From an uncultured virus (IMG/VR IMGVR_UViG_3300021138_000003) (taxonomy: Duplodnaviria; Heunggongvirae; Uroviricota; Caudoviricetes), in IMG/VR virus record IMGVR_UViG_3300021138_000003: DNA of 64,000 bases; one strand, written 5' to 3'. The notes beneath the pieces are model-generated. The model searched no databases and had not been told where the DNA came from. It saw only the letters and a list, made by a program, of their open reading frames with translations. The position numbers were made by a program, and so were the translations under genes. Position 1 is the stretch's first letter. Every line of letters starts with the position of its first letter. Below, in pieces: positions 9,857 through 18,555 of the stretch.

Positions 9857-10344
9857 TTACGAGAGCAAAAGTACTAGTTCCAAATAAATTTTGGATTCTA
9901 GAAAACGGCGGAGAAAAATTAGCTACCCTTAGCAAAGAGAAAAAAGGGTATAGCTTATTGTGCCGTGGTCAAAAATTCGAAGTACACGATCTAAAAGAAA
10001 TCAAGGAAAGATTTGGTATAACTCTTTCCGAAGATATCTCAAAGAAAGAAAAAGTAACAAAGCCTCCTTTGCCTACCGAAATTTACGGATTTCCAACTAA
10101 TGGTAAAGCGTACGGTCCACTTTGGAATGTTCAAAAACGTTTGCCAATCTATGCAAAAAGTTCCAAGAGTAAAAGCCTTTATTGTGCAGGCTATTATGTA
10201 ATTCAATTCCGCAAAGGATGGGTTAAGAGCTTTTGTCCTAAGTTAATTACACTCGAACGGTATCCTTATAAAGGTCCATTCAAAACAGACCTTGAAATGA
10301 GAACTGTGCTAAATTCAGTGAGTAAAGACCAATGCAACCCTTGA
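9853..10344 (+). CDS. hypothetical protein
   Basis: 163-aa ORF with ATGA overlap. Confidence 0.7.
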   Translation: MITRAKVLVPNKFWILENGGEKLATLSKEKKGYSLLCRGQKFEVHDLKEIKERFGITLSEDISKKEKVTKPPLPTEIYGFPTNGKAYGPLWNVQKRLPIYAKSSKSKSLYCAGYYVIQFRKGWVKSFCPKLITLERYPYKGPFKTDLEMRTVLNSVSKDQCNP

Positions 10345-10556
10345 ATACATTACCTATCGAAATGTTCCTAGAAAAGGCCAGAATCGCTCGAAAAAGCGGA
10401 CAAAAGAGCCTCAATTTGTCAATAAATGACGTCATTTTGCTCGAAGAATCTCTAGCAGTAGTAATGACTCGTCTAGCAGGCGATTTAGATGCCATTGCAT
10501 TCAATCTACAACAGCAAGGCGATATCACCATTAAGATGGACGGCGGATCTTTATAA
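10332..10556 (+). CDS. small hypothetical protein
   Basis: 74-aa ORF overlapping the upstream gene, ends MDGGSL. Confidence 0.6.
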   Translation: MQPLNTLPIEMFLEKARIARKSGQKSLNLSINDVILLEESLAVVMTRLAGDLDAIAFNLQQQGDITIKMDGGSL

Positions 10557-10562
10557 GAATGT

Positions 10563-10604
10563 AATAAATAACAGCGTATATATTAATAAGAGGTACGCTG
10601 CATG
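10563..10604 (+). promoter_or_regulatory. late-promoter-like AATAAATA followed by an RBS-occluding hairpin
   Basis: AATAAATA at 10563-10570; CAGCGTAT (10572-79) pairs with GTACGCTG (10593-10600), overlapping SD GAGGT. Confidence 0.6.
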
Positions 10605-10886
10605 TCTAGGCCAAAACCAAACATTTTGCTCGAAATAACGAATAAAAAAACATATAAAACCGAACAAGTCCTAGAAGCCGAAGCAATCTGGGCTGTTTTT
10701 TATAAAGATAAGCCAGTTAACCTTAAAACTACTAGCGTCCTCGGGCATCAGCTGGGACCTAAATATAAGAAAGTTTCATTCTCCAATAGCGGACATGCAA
10801 TTAATCTTGCGGAAAAACTAAACAAGTTATTCAATTGTGCAGACTTTGGAGTGTTTAAACTGACTGCAGGTGAAAAGCTCGACTAA
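10602..10886 (+). CDS. hypothetical protein
   Basis: 94-aa ORF with GAGG RBS. Confidence 0.75.
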   Translation: MSRPKPNILLEITNKKTYKTEQVLEAEAIWAVFYKDKPVNLKTTSVLGHQLGPKYKKVSFSNSGHAINLAEKLNKLFNCADFGVFKLTAGEKLD

Positions 10887-11263
10887 TGGATATCAAGCAA
10901 CAATTAACTAAAATTGTTTGTGATCATCTAGGTGTAGGTATCGACAGCGGTAGTTACGCTAAGACTTATAATTCAATATGGCAGAATCCACGAAAGAGCA
11001 GTGGCCTTCGTTTAACAGACGAAGGCTATTCCCTTTTTAAAGAAAAATTAGAAATGAAAAGTTATGAGATCGAATTTCCAAAAGATCTAACCATAACTAA
11101 TCAAGTCATGCTTTGGTTAGATCGATTCATCGATGGTCCATTTTATTTCAACAAAAAATCTATCATTGTGTTCAAAGAAAAAACTGCTGTTCAATTAATA
11201 CTGTTCAGCGGTGATATTCAAAAATTTGGTCTTGCCAAAGCAATGAATATTGCATATCAATAA
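10886..11263 (+). CDS. hypothetical protein
   Basis: 125-aa ORF, TAATG coupling. Confidence 0.7.
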   Translation: MDIKQQLTKIVCDHLGVGIDSGSYAKTYNSIWQNPRKSSGLRLTDEGYSLFKEKLEMKSYEIEFPKDLTITNQVMLWLDRFIDGPFYFNKKSIIVFKEKTAVQLILFSGDIQKFGLAKAMNIAYQ

Positions 11264-11299
11264 AAATTGATATTTTCAAAAATAATTTTTGAAACCCAC

Positions 11300-11328
11300 T
11301 TGACTACCTCCTACGTTTGCAGTACAAT
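11300..11328 (+). promoter_or_regulatory. sigma70-type promoter for the MoxR-like ATPase
   Basis: TTGACT-17 nt-TACAAT with an AT-rich upstream element. Confidence 0.75.
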
Positions 11329-11374
11329 GCACGAGTAATAAGCAATTACGCAACTCTAAACAATGAGGTCACAA

Positions 11375-12454
11375 ATGGCAGAATCAATGAGTATTAACCG
11401 CACCCAGACTCCGAACGAGGCTAAGGCTGCAATCCGCAAATGTTTTAAGGTAAACCGTCCGGTCTTTATGTGGGGACCTCCAGGTATCGGTAAGAGTGAT
11501 ATTGTTAAGCAGCTCGGCGATGAAGCAGATCGTGAAGTTATCGACGTTCGGTTGAGCCTTTGGGAGCCAACTGATATTAAGGGCATTCCGTTCTTCAATC
11601 CAGAATCGCATAAGATGGAATGGGCTCCGCCTATTGAACTTCCAAGCGATCCGGAATCCAATGCAATTTTGTTCCTTGACGAGTTGAACTCCGCTGCTCC
11701 TGCTACTCAGGCTGCTGCGTATCAGCTAATTCTTAACCGTCGAGTTGGTAGCTATCATTTGCCCAAGGGTGTTAGCATTGTTGCTGCAGGTAACCGTGAA
11801 ACTGACAAGGGTGTTACTTATCGTATGCCGGCGCCGCTGGCTAACCGCTTCCTGCACTTGGAACTGCGCACTAGCTTCGACGATTGGCAGGAATGGGCTG
11901 TTAAGAACAAGCTGCACGAACAGGTTATTGGTTATGTAGGTTTTGCCAAGCAGGATCTTTACGATTTCGATCCTCGTAGCCCAAGTCGTTCGTTTGCTAC
12001 TCCGCGTTCTTGGTCGTTTGTTTCGGACTTGCTCGGTGACGATGACCTTTCAGAAGGTACTCTAACTGATCTTGTTTCGGGTGCTATCGGCGACGGTCTT
12101 GCTGTCAAGTTTATGGCACACCGAAAGATTGCTAAGATGTTGCCTCGTCCAGAAGATATCCTTAACGGCAATGTTAAGAAGCTGGACATTAAGGAAATTT
12201 CCGCAATGTATTCTTTGACTATTTCCATGTGTTACGAATTGCAGACCGCACACGAGCGCAAGGAAGCCGATTGGAACTCGCAGGCAGATTGCTTCTTCCG
12301 CTTTATGATGGATAACTTCCCTACTGAAATTACTGTTATGGGCGCAAAGGTTGCACTTACCCAATACAACCTGCCATTTGATCCATCAAAGTTGAAGAGC
12401 TTCGATGAATTCCACGGCAAGTACGGTAAGTACATTATTACTGCAATGGAGTAA
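11375..12454 (+). CDS. MoxR-like AAA+ ATPase
   Basis: Walker A GPPGIGKS, Walker B ILFLDELN, AAGN sensor, LANRF arginine finger, TPRSW; start at ATG 11375 after GAGG. Confidence 0.9.
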   Translation: MAESMSINRTQTPNEAKAAIRKCFKVNRPVFMWGPPGIGKSDIVKQLGDEADREVIDVRLSLWEPTDIKGIPFFNPESHKMEWAPPIELPSDPESNAILFLDELNSAAPATQAAAYQLILNRRVGSYHLPKGVSIVAAGNRETDKGVTYRMPAPLANRFLHLELRTSFDDWQEWAVKNKLHEQVIGYVGFAKQDLYDFDPRSPSRSFATPRSWSFVSDLLGDDDLSEGTLTDLVSGAIGDGLAVKFMAHRKIAKMLPRPEDILNGNVKKLDIKEISAMYSLTISMCYELQTAHERKEADWNSQADCFFRFMMDNFPTEITVMGAKVALTQYNLPFDPSKLKSFDEFHGKYGKYIITAME

Positions 12455-12455
12455 T

Positions 12456-12481
12456 AAAAAGCCCCCTAACGGGGGCTTTTT
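12456..12481 (+). terminator. rho-independent terminator
   Basis: AAAAAGCCCCC-TAAC-GGGGGCTTTTT. Confidence 0.9.
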
Positions 12482-12494
12482 CATATAGTCTCTA

Positions 12495-12523
12495 TTGACA
12501 ACCATTGTAAATATCTATACAAT
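12495..12523 (+). promoter_or_regulatory. sigma70-type promoter for the vWA protein
   Basis: TTGACA-17 nt-TACAAT. Confidence 0.8.
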
Positions 12524-12553
12524 TAGACTACATTAAACACTAAGGAATATTTT

Positions 12554-13795
12554 ATGACTGTCATGAAACAAGAGCGTACTGCCAAGGCTGAAAAGCGCGA
12601 ATACACTGTTGCAGAAAAGAATGATGCAGTTGAACGTCTAGTTACTGCACGTATCGGTCTGCTGTTGCGGCATCCATTTTTTGGCAATCTGGCTACTCGA
12701 CTGAAAATTATCGATGCTTCAGATTGGCTACCTACCTTAGCCACCGACGGTCGCAATTTCTATTACAACGTCGGCTTTGTGTTGAAGTTAGATCCCAAAG
12801 AATGCGAATTCGGTTTTGCACACGAGGTTCTTCATAACGTGTTTGATCATATGGGTCGAGCAGGCAGTCGTGATAAAAAGCTAGCAAACATTGCAATGGA
12901 TTACGCTGTTAATCAGATCTGCAAGGACGATCATATCGGTGAATTTCCTCGGTGTATCAAGGTGTTTTATGATCCCAAATACCGTGGTTGGTCTTTCGAA
13001 GAAATCTACGACGATCTCTATGCAAAGGCCGACAAAATCGATCTAGACAAACTAGGCGAGCTTCTCGACGAGCATCTCGATGGTGAAGGTGATCCCGGCG
13101 GCGACGGCGATGGCGAAGAAGAAGGCAACGGGCGTCCTCGTTATTCTAAGGAAGAATTGCGTAAGATTCGAGATGAAATCAAAGAAGCAATGGTCAATGC
13201 TGCGCAGGCATCAGCTGGTCGAATTCCTGAAGGCGTTGCTCGACTGATCAAAGATTTCACCGAACCTAAGATGGATTGGCGCGAACTGCTTCGAATGAAC
13301 ATTCAAAGTATTCTCAAAAGCAATTTTAGCTTTTCTCGTCCTAATCGCAAGAGCCAGATGAGCGGTGCGATTCTTCCAGGCATGATCAACGAAGAAACTA
13401 TTGACGTATGTTGTGCTGTCGATATGAGCGGTTCTATTTCAGACAAGCAGGCCAAGGACTTTCTTTCCGAAGTCAAAGGTATTATGGATGAATATGTAGA
13501 CTTCAATCTCCAGCTGTGGTGCTTCGATACCAAGGTGTACAACTATGCAAAATTTAGTGCAGATAACGCAGACGAAATTATGTATTATGAAGTCAAAGGC
13601 GGTGGCGGTACGGATTTCGATGCAAACTTCAAATTCATGAAGGATGAGAATATCGAGCCAAAACGATTCATCATGTTTACTGACGGTTGGCCTTGCGGAA
13701 GTTGGGGAGATGAAGATTATTGTGAATCTTTGTTTATTATTCATGGTTCAGAATCCATTATTCCGCCGTTCGGACAGTATGCATATTATAAATAA
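12554..13795 (+). CDS. metallopeptidase-like plus vWA domain protein (DUF2201-like), likely MoxR partner
   Basis: TLATDG, HEVLH zinc motif, MIDAS DMSGS, GGGGTDF, FTDG. Confidence 0.88.
   Translation: MTVMKQERTAKAEKREYTVAEKNDAVERLVTARIGLLLRHPFFGNLATRLKIIDASDWLPTLATDGRNFYYNVGFVLKLDPKECEFGFAHEVLHNVFDHMGRAGSRDKKLANIAMDYAVNQICKDDHIGEFPRCIKVFYDPKYRGWSFEEIYDDLYAKADKIDLDKLGELLDEHLDGEGDPGGDGDGEEEGNGRPRYSKEELRKIRDEIKEAMVNAAQASAGRIPEGVARLIKDFTEPKMDWRELLRMNIQSILKSNFSFSRPNRKSQMSGAILPGMINEETIDVCCAVDMSGSISDKQAKDFLSEVKGIMDEYVDFNLQLWCFDTKVYNYAKFSADNADEIMYYEVKGGGGTDFDANFKFMKDENIEPKRFIMFTDGWPCGSWGDEDYCESLFIIHGSESIIPPFGQYAYYK
13787..13794 (+). promoter_or_regulatory. T4-type late promoter
   Basis: Exact TATAAATA shortly upstream of ATG 13808. 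Confidence 0.6.
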
Positions 13796-13807
13796 AGTAG
13801 GTACATT

Positions 13808-14089
13808 ATGTCGTTAACAAGAGGGTCAGTTAATGCATTAAATGTAGCGAATGTTAGGCGTTTACATTTTATGCCTGCACATTTTGCCAAAATGACCGTC
13901 AGTGCAAATATTGTATCTGCGCTTGACGGTTGGGTTTATCAAAACCTAGACAGTAGGTACGCTATTGTCAAAAATTTAAAATTGGACTCGGACAATAAGT
14001 TGGTCGAGATCCACGAATTAGGCGTAGAGGATGCAAAAGAACTAACTATGTTGAGTCTTTCGTGTCCTTTACTAGACAAAAAATACTAA
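13808..14089 (+). CDS. hypothetical protein
   Basis: 93-aa ORF. Confidence 0.65.
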   Translation: MSLTRGSVNALNVANVRRLHFMPAHFAKMTVSANIVSALDGWVYQNLDSRYAIVKNLKLDSDNKLVEIHELGVEDAKELTMLSLSCPLLDKKY

Positions 14090-14101
14090 TAGGAGATTTA
14101 T

Positions 14102-14329
14102 ATGTCTGATACTACTGAAACTGCTGCTCCAGCCGAAGCAGCACCTGAATTGACTGTTCAGGATCTTGGCAATCTACGTGCCGTTATCGATGTTGCTGCA
14201 CAGCGCGGCGCATTTAAGGCTGCCGAAATGGCTGCCGTAGGCGCTGTCTTTAATAAGCTAAATGACTTTTTGAATGTCGTAGCACCACAGTCTGATGCAG
14301 AGGCTCCTGCCGCTGCTCCAGCAGCCTAA
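14102..14329 (+). CDS. small hypothetical protein
   Basis: AGGAG RBS; IDVAAQRGAFKAAEM segment. Confidence 0.75.
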   Translation: MSDTTETAAPAEAAPELTVQDLGNLRAVIDVAAQRGAFKAAEMAAVGAVFNKLNDFLNVVAPQSDAEAPAAAPAA

Positions 14330-14340
14330 AAGGAGTTTCT

Positions 14341-14970
14341 ATGAAACACATTGGAAAAATGAAAAATAATGGAGCGAAGATTGTAATCGCTTATCGTACA
14401 TTGCCAGGTGATCCATATTCTGCTCTAGTTGTTGGTACTCAGCAACTTATGGACGCATATCACGACGGGCTAATGAGCCTAGTTGAATCTGATATGGGAC
14501 AACAAGCAGACGAATTAGCCGATGTTATGGCTGTACGCAGATTCCCAGATGGTACGAACATGCTCCATTATGTTCATACCAGTGGGTTTCTAAAGAAGGT
14601 ACCTACTAGCGAAGTACTAGTTACTCCTGACACAAAGTCTACTGTTCCGCTCAATGAGCTAAACAACATCATTGCTCAACAGCGTGGAATTACGTTGAAC
14701 GAATTAGCTGTCAAGGACGGTGCAAATGCAACTGTGCAGACACTTCCAGAGCCTGCAGAAGTCGTAGTCGACGACGAGGCTCCTGTCACAATCGGAGAGT
14801 CAACTAACGTTGTATTAACTCCTGCAGAAAAGCGGTCACGTGCTGATGCGTTATATAAGGAAGCTGCGAGGTTGCGCAAGGAGGCAGACGAGGCAGAGCC
14901 CGTTACCAAAAAGGCTCCAGCTAAGCCGGCTGCTAAAGCAACTACTAAAGCTGCTAAGACAGTAGCATAA
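14341..14970 (+). CDS. hypothetical protein with Lys/Ala-rich C-terminal tail
   Basis: AGGAG RBS; 209 aa; ends KKAPAKPAAKATTKAAK. Confidence 0.75.
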   Translation: MKHIGKMKNNGAKIVIAYRTLPGDPYSALVVGTQQLMDAYHDGLMSLVESDMGQQADELADVMAVRRFPDGTNMLHYVHTSGFLKKVPTSEVLVTPDTKSTVPLNELNNIIAQQRGITLNELAVKDGANATVQTLPEPAEVVVDDEAPVTIGESTNVVLTPAEKRSRADALYKEAARLRKEADEAEPVTKKAPAKPAAKATTKAAKTVA

Positions 14971-14972
14971 AC

Positions 14973-15001
14973 AAAAAGCCCTGGTTTCCCAGGGCTTTTT
15001 T
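14973..15001. terminator. bidirectional rho-independent terminator between convergent blocks
   Basis: AAAAAGCCCTGG-TTTC-CCAGGGCTTTTTT. Confidence 0.9.
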
Positions 15002-15012
15002 ATTGACTAAAT

Positions 15013-15531
15013 TTATGTAAGAGTTACCGTACAAGTTTGTCCAAGTGCAGGGAAAGGACTAGAAACCACTCCTGTCCAATACCACTCTGAATTTGTGCCA
15101 GACCAATAAAATGTTGCAGAACTCGAAGAGAAAGATACTCCATTAATAGTTAATGTAGTAAACTGTGATTGTGTTGCTGTTGAAGTTACACCAAAATACA
15201 CACTATTAGTTCCAGAAATAAGATCATCTTGTATAAAAGCAACAGGTGCTCCGCCAAATACAGCAGACGTATTAGGAGAAAGCGATCCTATAGATAACGC
15301 AGAATCATAACCCGATAGTGTTACATTATAAACGGTTGTGCTACCAACCGTAAGAGTCCAGGTATCCAACGTGCTTCCTCCACCACTACCACCGGAAGAT
15401 CCATTCCAGGCAGTGCCTGTCCACACTCTAGTTGTTCCGATTACCCATTGGCTACCGTTCCATACTTTTGGGTAAAGAAAATATGGGTAAATCCATGCAG
15501 ACCCATTCCAGACTTTAGTTACTACATTCAT
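15013..15531 (-). CDS. putative tail fibre tip / adhesin protein
   Basis: Three (K/R)VW(N/T)G(S/T)xW repeats, a Gly-Ser linker and a beta-rich C-terminus; last gene of the fibre operon. Confidence 0.6.
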   Translation of the reverse strand: MNVVTKVWNGSAWIYPYFLYPKVWNGSQWVIGTTRVWTGTAWNGSSGGSGGGSTLDTWTLTVGSTTVYNVTLSGYDSALSIGSLSPNTSAVFGGAPVAFIQDDLISGTNSVYFGVTSTATQSQFTTLTINGVSFSSSSATFYWSGTNSEWYWTGVVSSPFPALGQTCTVTLT

Positions 15532-15917
15532 GATTTTGCCTCAGGAATTGTTGGCCAAATAACTTTTCTCGGATCAGTAAATCTTTGAGGTATATCTCTT
15601 AACTGTTGACGATACAACGCCCATTCTTCTCTATTACCTAAATAATCTAATAGTTGAGTATAATCAGAATTACTTAATTTACGATTTCTTTTAGCTCTAA
15701 TACTATCCCAAGTGATATTCAAGGTATTCAAAATTTCAGGAATTATTTCAACTCCGTCAACTATAACTGGTGTGTTACTATGTATTAAGCTGAAAGCCGA
15801 TTTATATTGATCATCAGTAAGAGGCTTATTAGGTAAAGGGATAACAGTGTGGATATCTGAATCATAGAACCCAGCAAATTTATTAGTATCTTTATTATAA
15901 TGGATATAAATTGTCAT
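15528..15917 (-). CDS. tail fibre assembly chaperone
   Basis: WDSIRAKRNRKLSNSDYTQ...WALYRQQLRDIPQ...VIWP; start taken at MTIYIHY. Confidence 0.8.
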   Translation of the reverse strand: MTIYIHYNKDTNKFAGFYDSDIHTVIPLPNKPLTDDQYKSAFSLIHSNTPVIVDGVEIIPEILNTLNITWDSIRAKRNRKLSNSDYTQLLDYLGNREEWALYRQQLRDIPQRFTDPRKVIWPTIPEAKS

Positions 15918-15931
15918 TTTATTAATATCCC

Positions 15932-18541
15932 TTATGCCGGACCAATTGCAACCCAATCTATTCCGTATACATATGCTCCCGAATCGCCCGAGTCATCATC
16001 AGAAATATACCAAGTAAATGCTGTAGTAGTTCTTCCATAATTTGCATAGTGTTTCTGATTATATGTTTCTACAGTAGTAGCAATCCTGCCAACGGTAATA
16101 GAATATGGTGCTGCTGAAAATGCAATCGGAAAAGGAGTAGTAAACAAAGTCCCAGTCTGGTCTGTTACTTGACGATCTTGACCCCATTGCATGAGTAATC
16201 CGTTTGGTAATTTCATCCAACCATTTGTAGAAAGACTTTGTGTGTACCCAGTTCCACCAGAGATATCTAACCAAATATCTCCCTGGGTAGGTGAAGCAGG
16301 TGCAGTTGATGATACTGATACTGCACTACCACTTGTATACCCCGGAGTAACATTGTGTAACGCAGTATATCCTAATAGCGCAGTAATGTCAGATGCGTTA
16401 GCAGCAGTAACCACATTGCCCGATCCATTTCCTTTTAATAACCCAGAAATAGTTACAACTAAACCGCCATATAGATTTAAATTACCACTAGAATCGAGGC
16501 GCATCTTTTCACTAGGTGAACCAGGGCCGCCGCCGGTAGCAAACTGTAGGGTATTTCCAATAGTGGAATACACCATTCCGCCGCCGTTGTTAAATTCGAT
16601 GTTTGGACTAGCTGCTGACAATCGGATATTGCCACCGACATCAAGTTTTGCACCCGGGGACGCTTGTCCTATACCAACATTAGTTCCATTATCAAATACC
16701 AACGACGATACTACAAGACCGCTTGCGCTGCCTTTGATCATATAGTTTGTTGTAAACTGAGAGCCAAATGCTGCTGCTAATTGCGCAGAAGTAGCATTAC
16801 TCCACGCACTTGATCCGTTGGCATATGGAATACCCGATAATGTTCCAGCATTTCCGGTGCCTCCATTAGCGGCAGTTAGAGTTCCTCCTAAAGTAATTGC
16901 ACCATTTGTTGTGTTAGTAGGTGTTAATCCGGTTGTACCGCCTGCAAATGACGTTACCCCAGTTGCTGCCGTAAGTACTGGTGAATTATTTAATTGAAGA
17001 TTATTAGGAATTGAAAGTGTAACTGACCCAGTGTTAGCATTATAATTACCATTTACTAATATTTGATTGAGAGTACCTATTACCGCTCCAACTCCCGAAC
17101 TAGGAATAGTTCCAGCGGTAAGGCACGGTAATCCTCCCGAAAATACCTGTCCGGCCGGGGCATAAATTGCACTAGTAGCAGTTAATACGGTTACAGTAAC
17201 AGTATTAGCTAATGAAAGAGTCACAGAGCCTGTACTCGAACTAGCAACAATTTGATTAGTAGTGCCTGCAATAGAAGTAACACCGCTTCCTGGTATTGTG
17301 GCAGAAGTAAGGCAAGGTAGCCCTCCGGATAATACTTGACCAGCAGGAGCGGATATAAAACCAGTAGCGGTAACATTAACCGCCATCACCCCCGCCGATC
17401 GACTCTGCCCAGTAGTTAACAGTCCAGAAATTGATGCTGAATTTGCAGTAAGTGTAGTAATTGTGGCATTTGTAGCATTTACAGCATTGGCAGTAAGCGT
17501 TGTTGCATTAACAGTATTAGAAGTTACTGTGGTTACATACAATGTACTAAAATAATTGGCCGATGACCCTAATGCCACAGTCGAATTGCCTGAAGGCAGT
17601 ATTTGTAGTCCACTAAAATCATTGATTTGAAGAACATTGGTATAGGTACCTGCGTTTGTATTCAAATTAATATTTAATGGTGATCCATTATTAACCACGC
17701 TAATATTTGCATTATATGTACCTGTAGAATGGAACTGAAGAATTTTTGGCGTGCCGATAGTCAATCCGTTGTTATCCGAGATATATAACGGACTAAGACC
17801 TGAATATAGTTGTGTAGTTGTAACAAACTGATTGCTTCGAAGAATAACTGGAGTGCCACTCGAATCATCTACTAATCCTAAGGAACTTGCTGCGGTACCC
17901 CAAAGTAAAGTACCAACTTGACTAGTTGCAGTATAGTTGTTTAAAGTAAAATATCCACTAATACCTTGACTATTAGTACCGGATAAGTTTATACCAGGAT
18001 ATATATTATTGTATGTTGAATAAATGCTTTCACCGGTATATACACTAAATTGATCTTTAGCAATTACTGTGGCAACATTACCACCAATAGGAATTTCAAC
18101 CACCGAGTGAATATTTTGTGTTTCATCTTTAACTGAAATCGATGATAAACTACCACCATTAGAAGATTGGGAAATTATAGGAATAAAATCCGAACCATTA
18201 TATATCCATAATTGACTGCCATCGTAGAATAAATCTCCTACAATTGCTCCTATCGGTTTTTGACTTCCATAGGTTATAAAACTAAGAGATTTAAATGCTG
18301 ATCCATTATAAACATTCAAATTATTATTAGTAGAATTATACCATAGCTGGCCAGTTAACGGATTACTAGGTGCAGTGCTATTGGAAAAATTTTCCAATAG
18401 ATATATAAAATTTTCATCAACTGGACTACCGTATCCAGTATAATTGCGACCTACTAGAGTCAAAGATGTAGTGTTATCTATGGTACCATCTTGTACTGTA
18501 GCAATTAATTGTCCGTTTGTTTTGTTTATTGTATATGGCAT
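15932..18541 (-). CDS. tail fibre protein (paralog 4)
   Basis: Shared N-terminal domain TSLTLVGRNY...LLENF...GQLWY; C-terminal GWMKLPNGLLMQWG fibre domain. Confidence 0.8.
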   Translation of the reverse strand: MPYTINKTNGQLIATVQDGTIDNTTSLTLVGRNYTGYGSPVDENFIYLLENFSNSTAPSNPLTGQLWYNSTNNNLNVYNGSAFKSLSFITYGSQKPIGAIVGDLFYDGSQLWIYNGSDFIPIISQSSNGGSLSSISVKDETQNIHSVVEIPIGGNVATVIAKDQFSVYTGESIYSTYNNIYPGINLSGTNSQGISGYFTLNNYTATSQVGTLLWGTAASSLGLVDDSSGTPVILRSNQFVTTTQLYSGLSPLYISDNNGLTIGTPKILQFHSTGTYNANISVVNNGSPLNINLNTNAGTYTNVLQINDFSGLQILPSGNSTVALGSSANYFSTLYVTTVTSNTVNATTLTANAVNATNATITTLTANSASISGLLTTGQSRSAGVMAVNVTATGFISAPAGQVLSGGLPCLTSATIPGSGVTSIAGTTNQIVASSSTGSVTLSLANTVTVTVLTATSAIYAPAGQVFSGGLPCLTAGTIPSSGVGAVIGTLNQILVNGNYNANTGSVTLSIPNNLQLNNSPVLTAATGVTSFAGGTTGLTPTNTTNGAITLGGTLTAANGGTGNAGTLSGIPYANGSSAWSNATSAQLAAAFGSQFTTNYMIKGSASGLVVSSLVFDNGTNVGIGQASPGAKLDVGGNIRLSAASPNIEFNNGGGMVYSTIGNTLQFATGGGPGSPSEKMRLDSSGNLNLYGGLVVTISGLLKGNGSGNVVTAANASDITALLGYTALHNVTPGYTSGSAVSVSSTAPASPTQGDIWLDISGGTGYTQSLSTNGWMKLPNGLLMQWGQDRQVTDQTGTLFTTPFPIAFSAAPYSITVGRIATTVETYNQKHYANYGRTTTAFTWYISDDDSGDSGAYVYGIDWVAIGPA

Positions 18542-18555
18542 AACACTATTTACCC

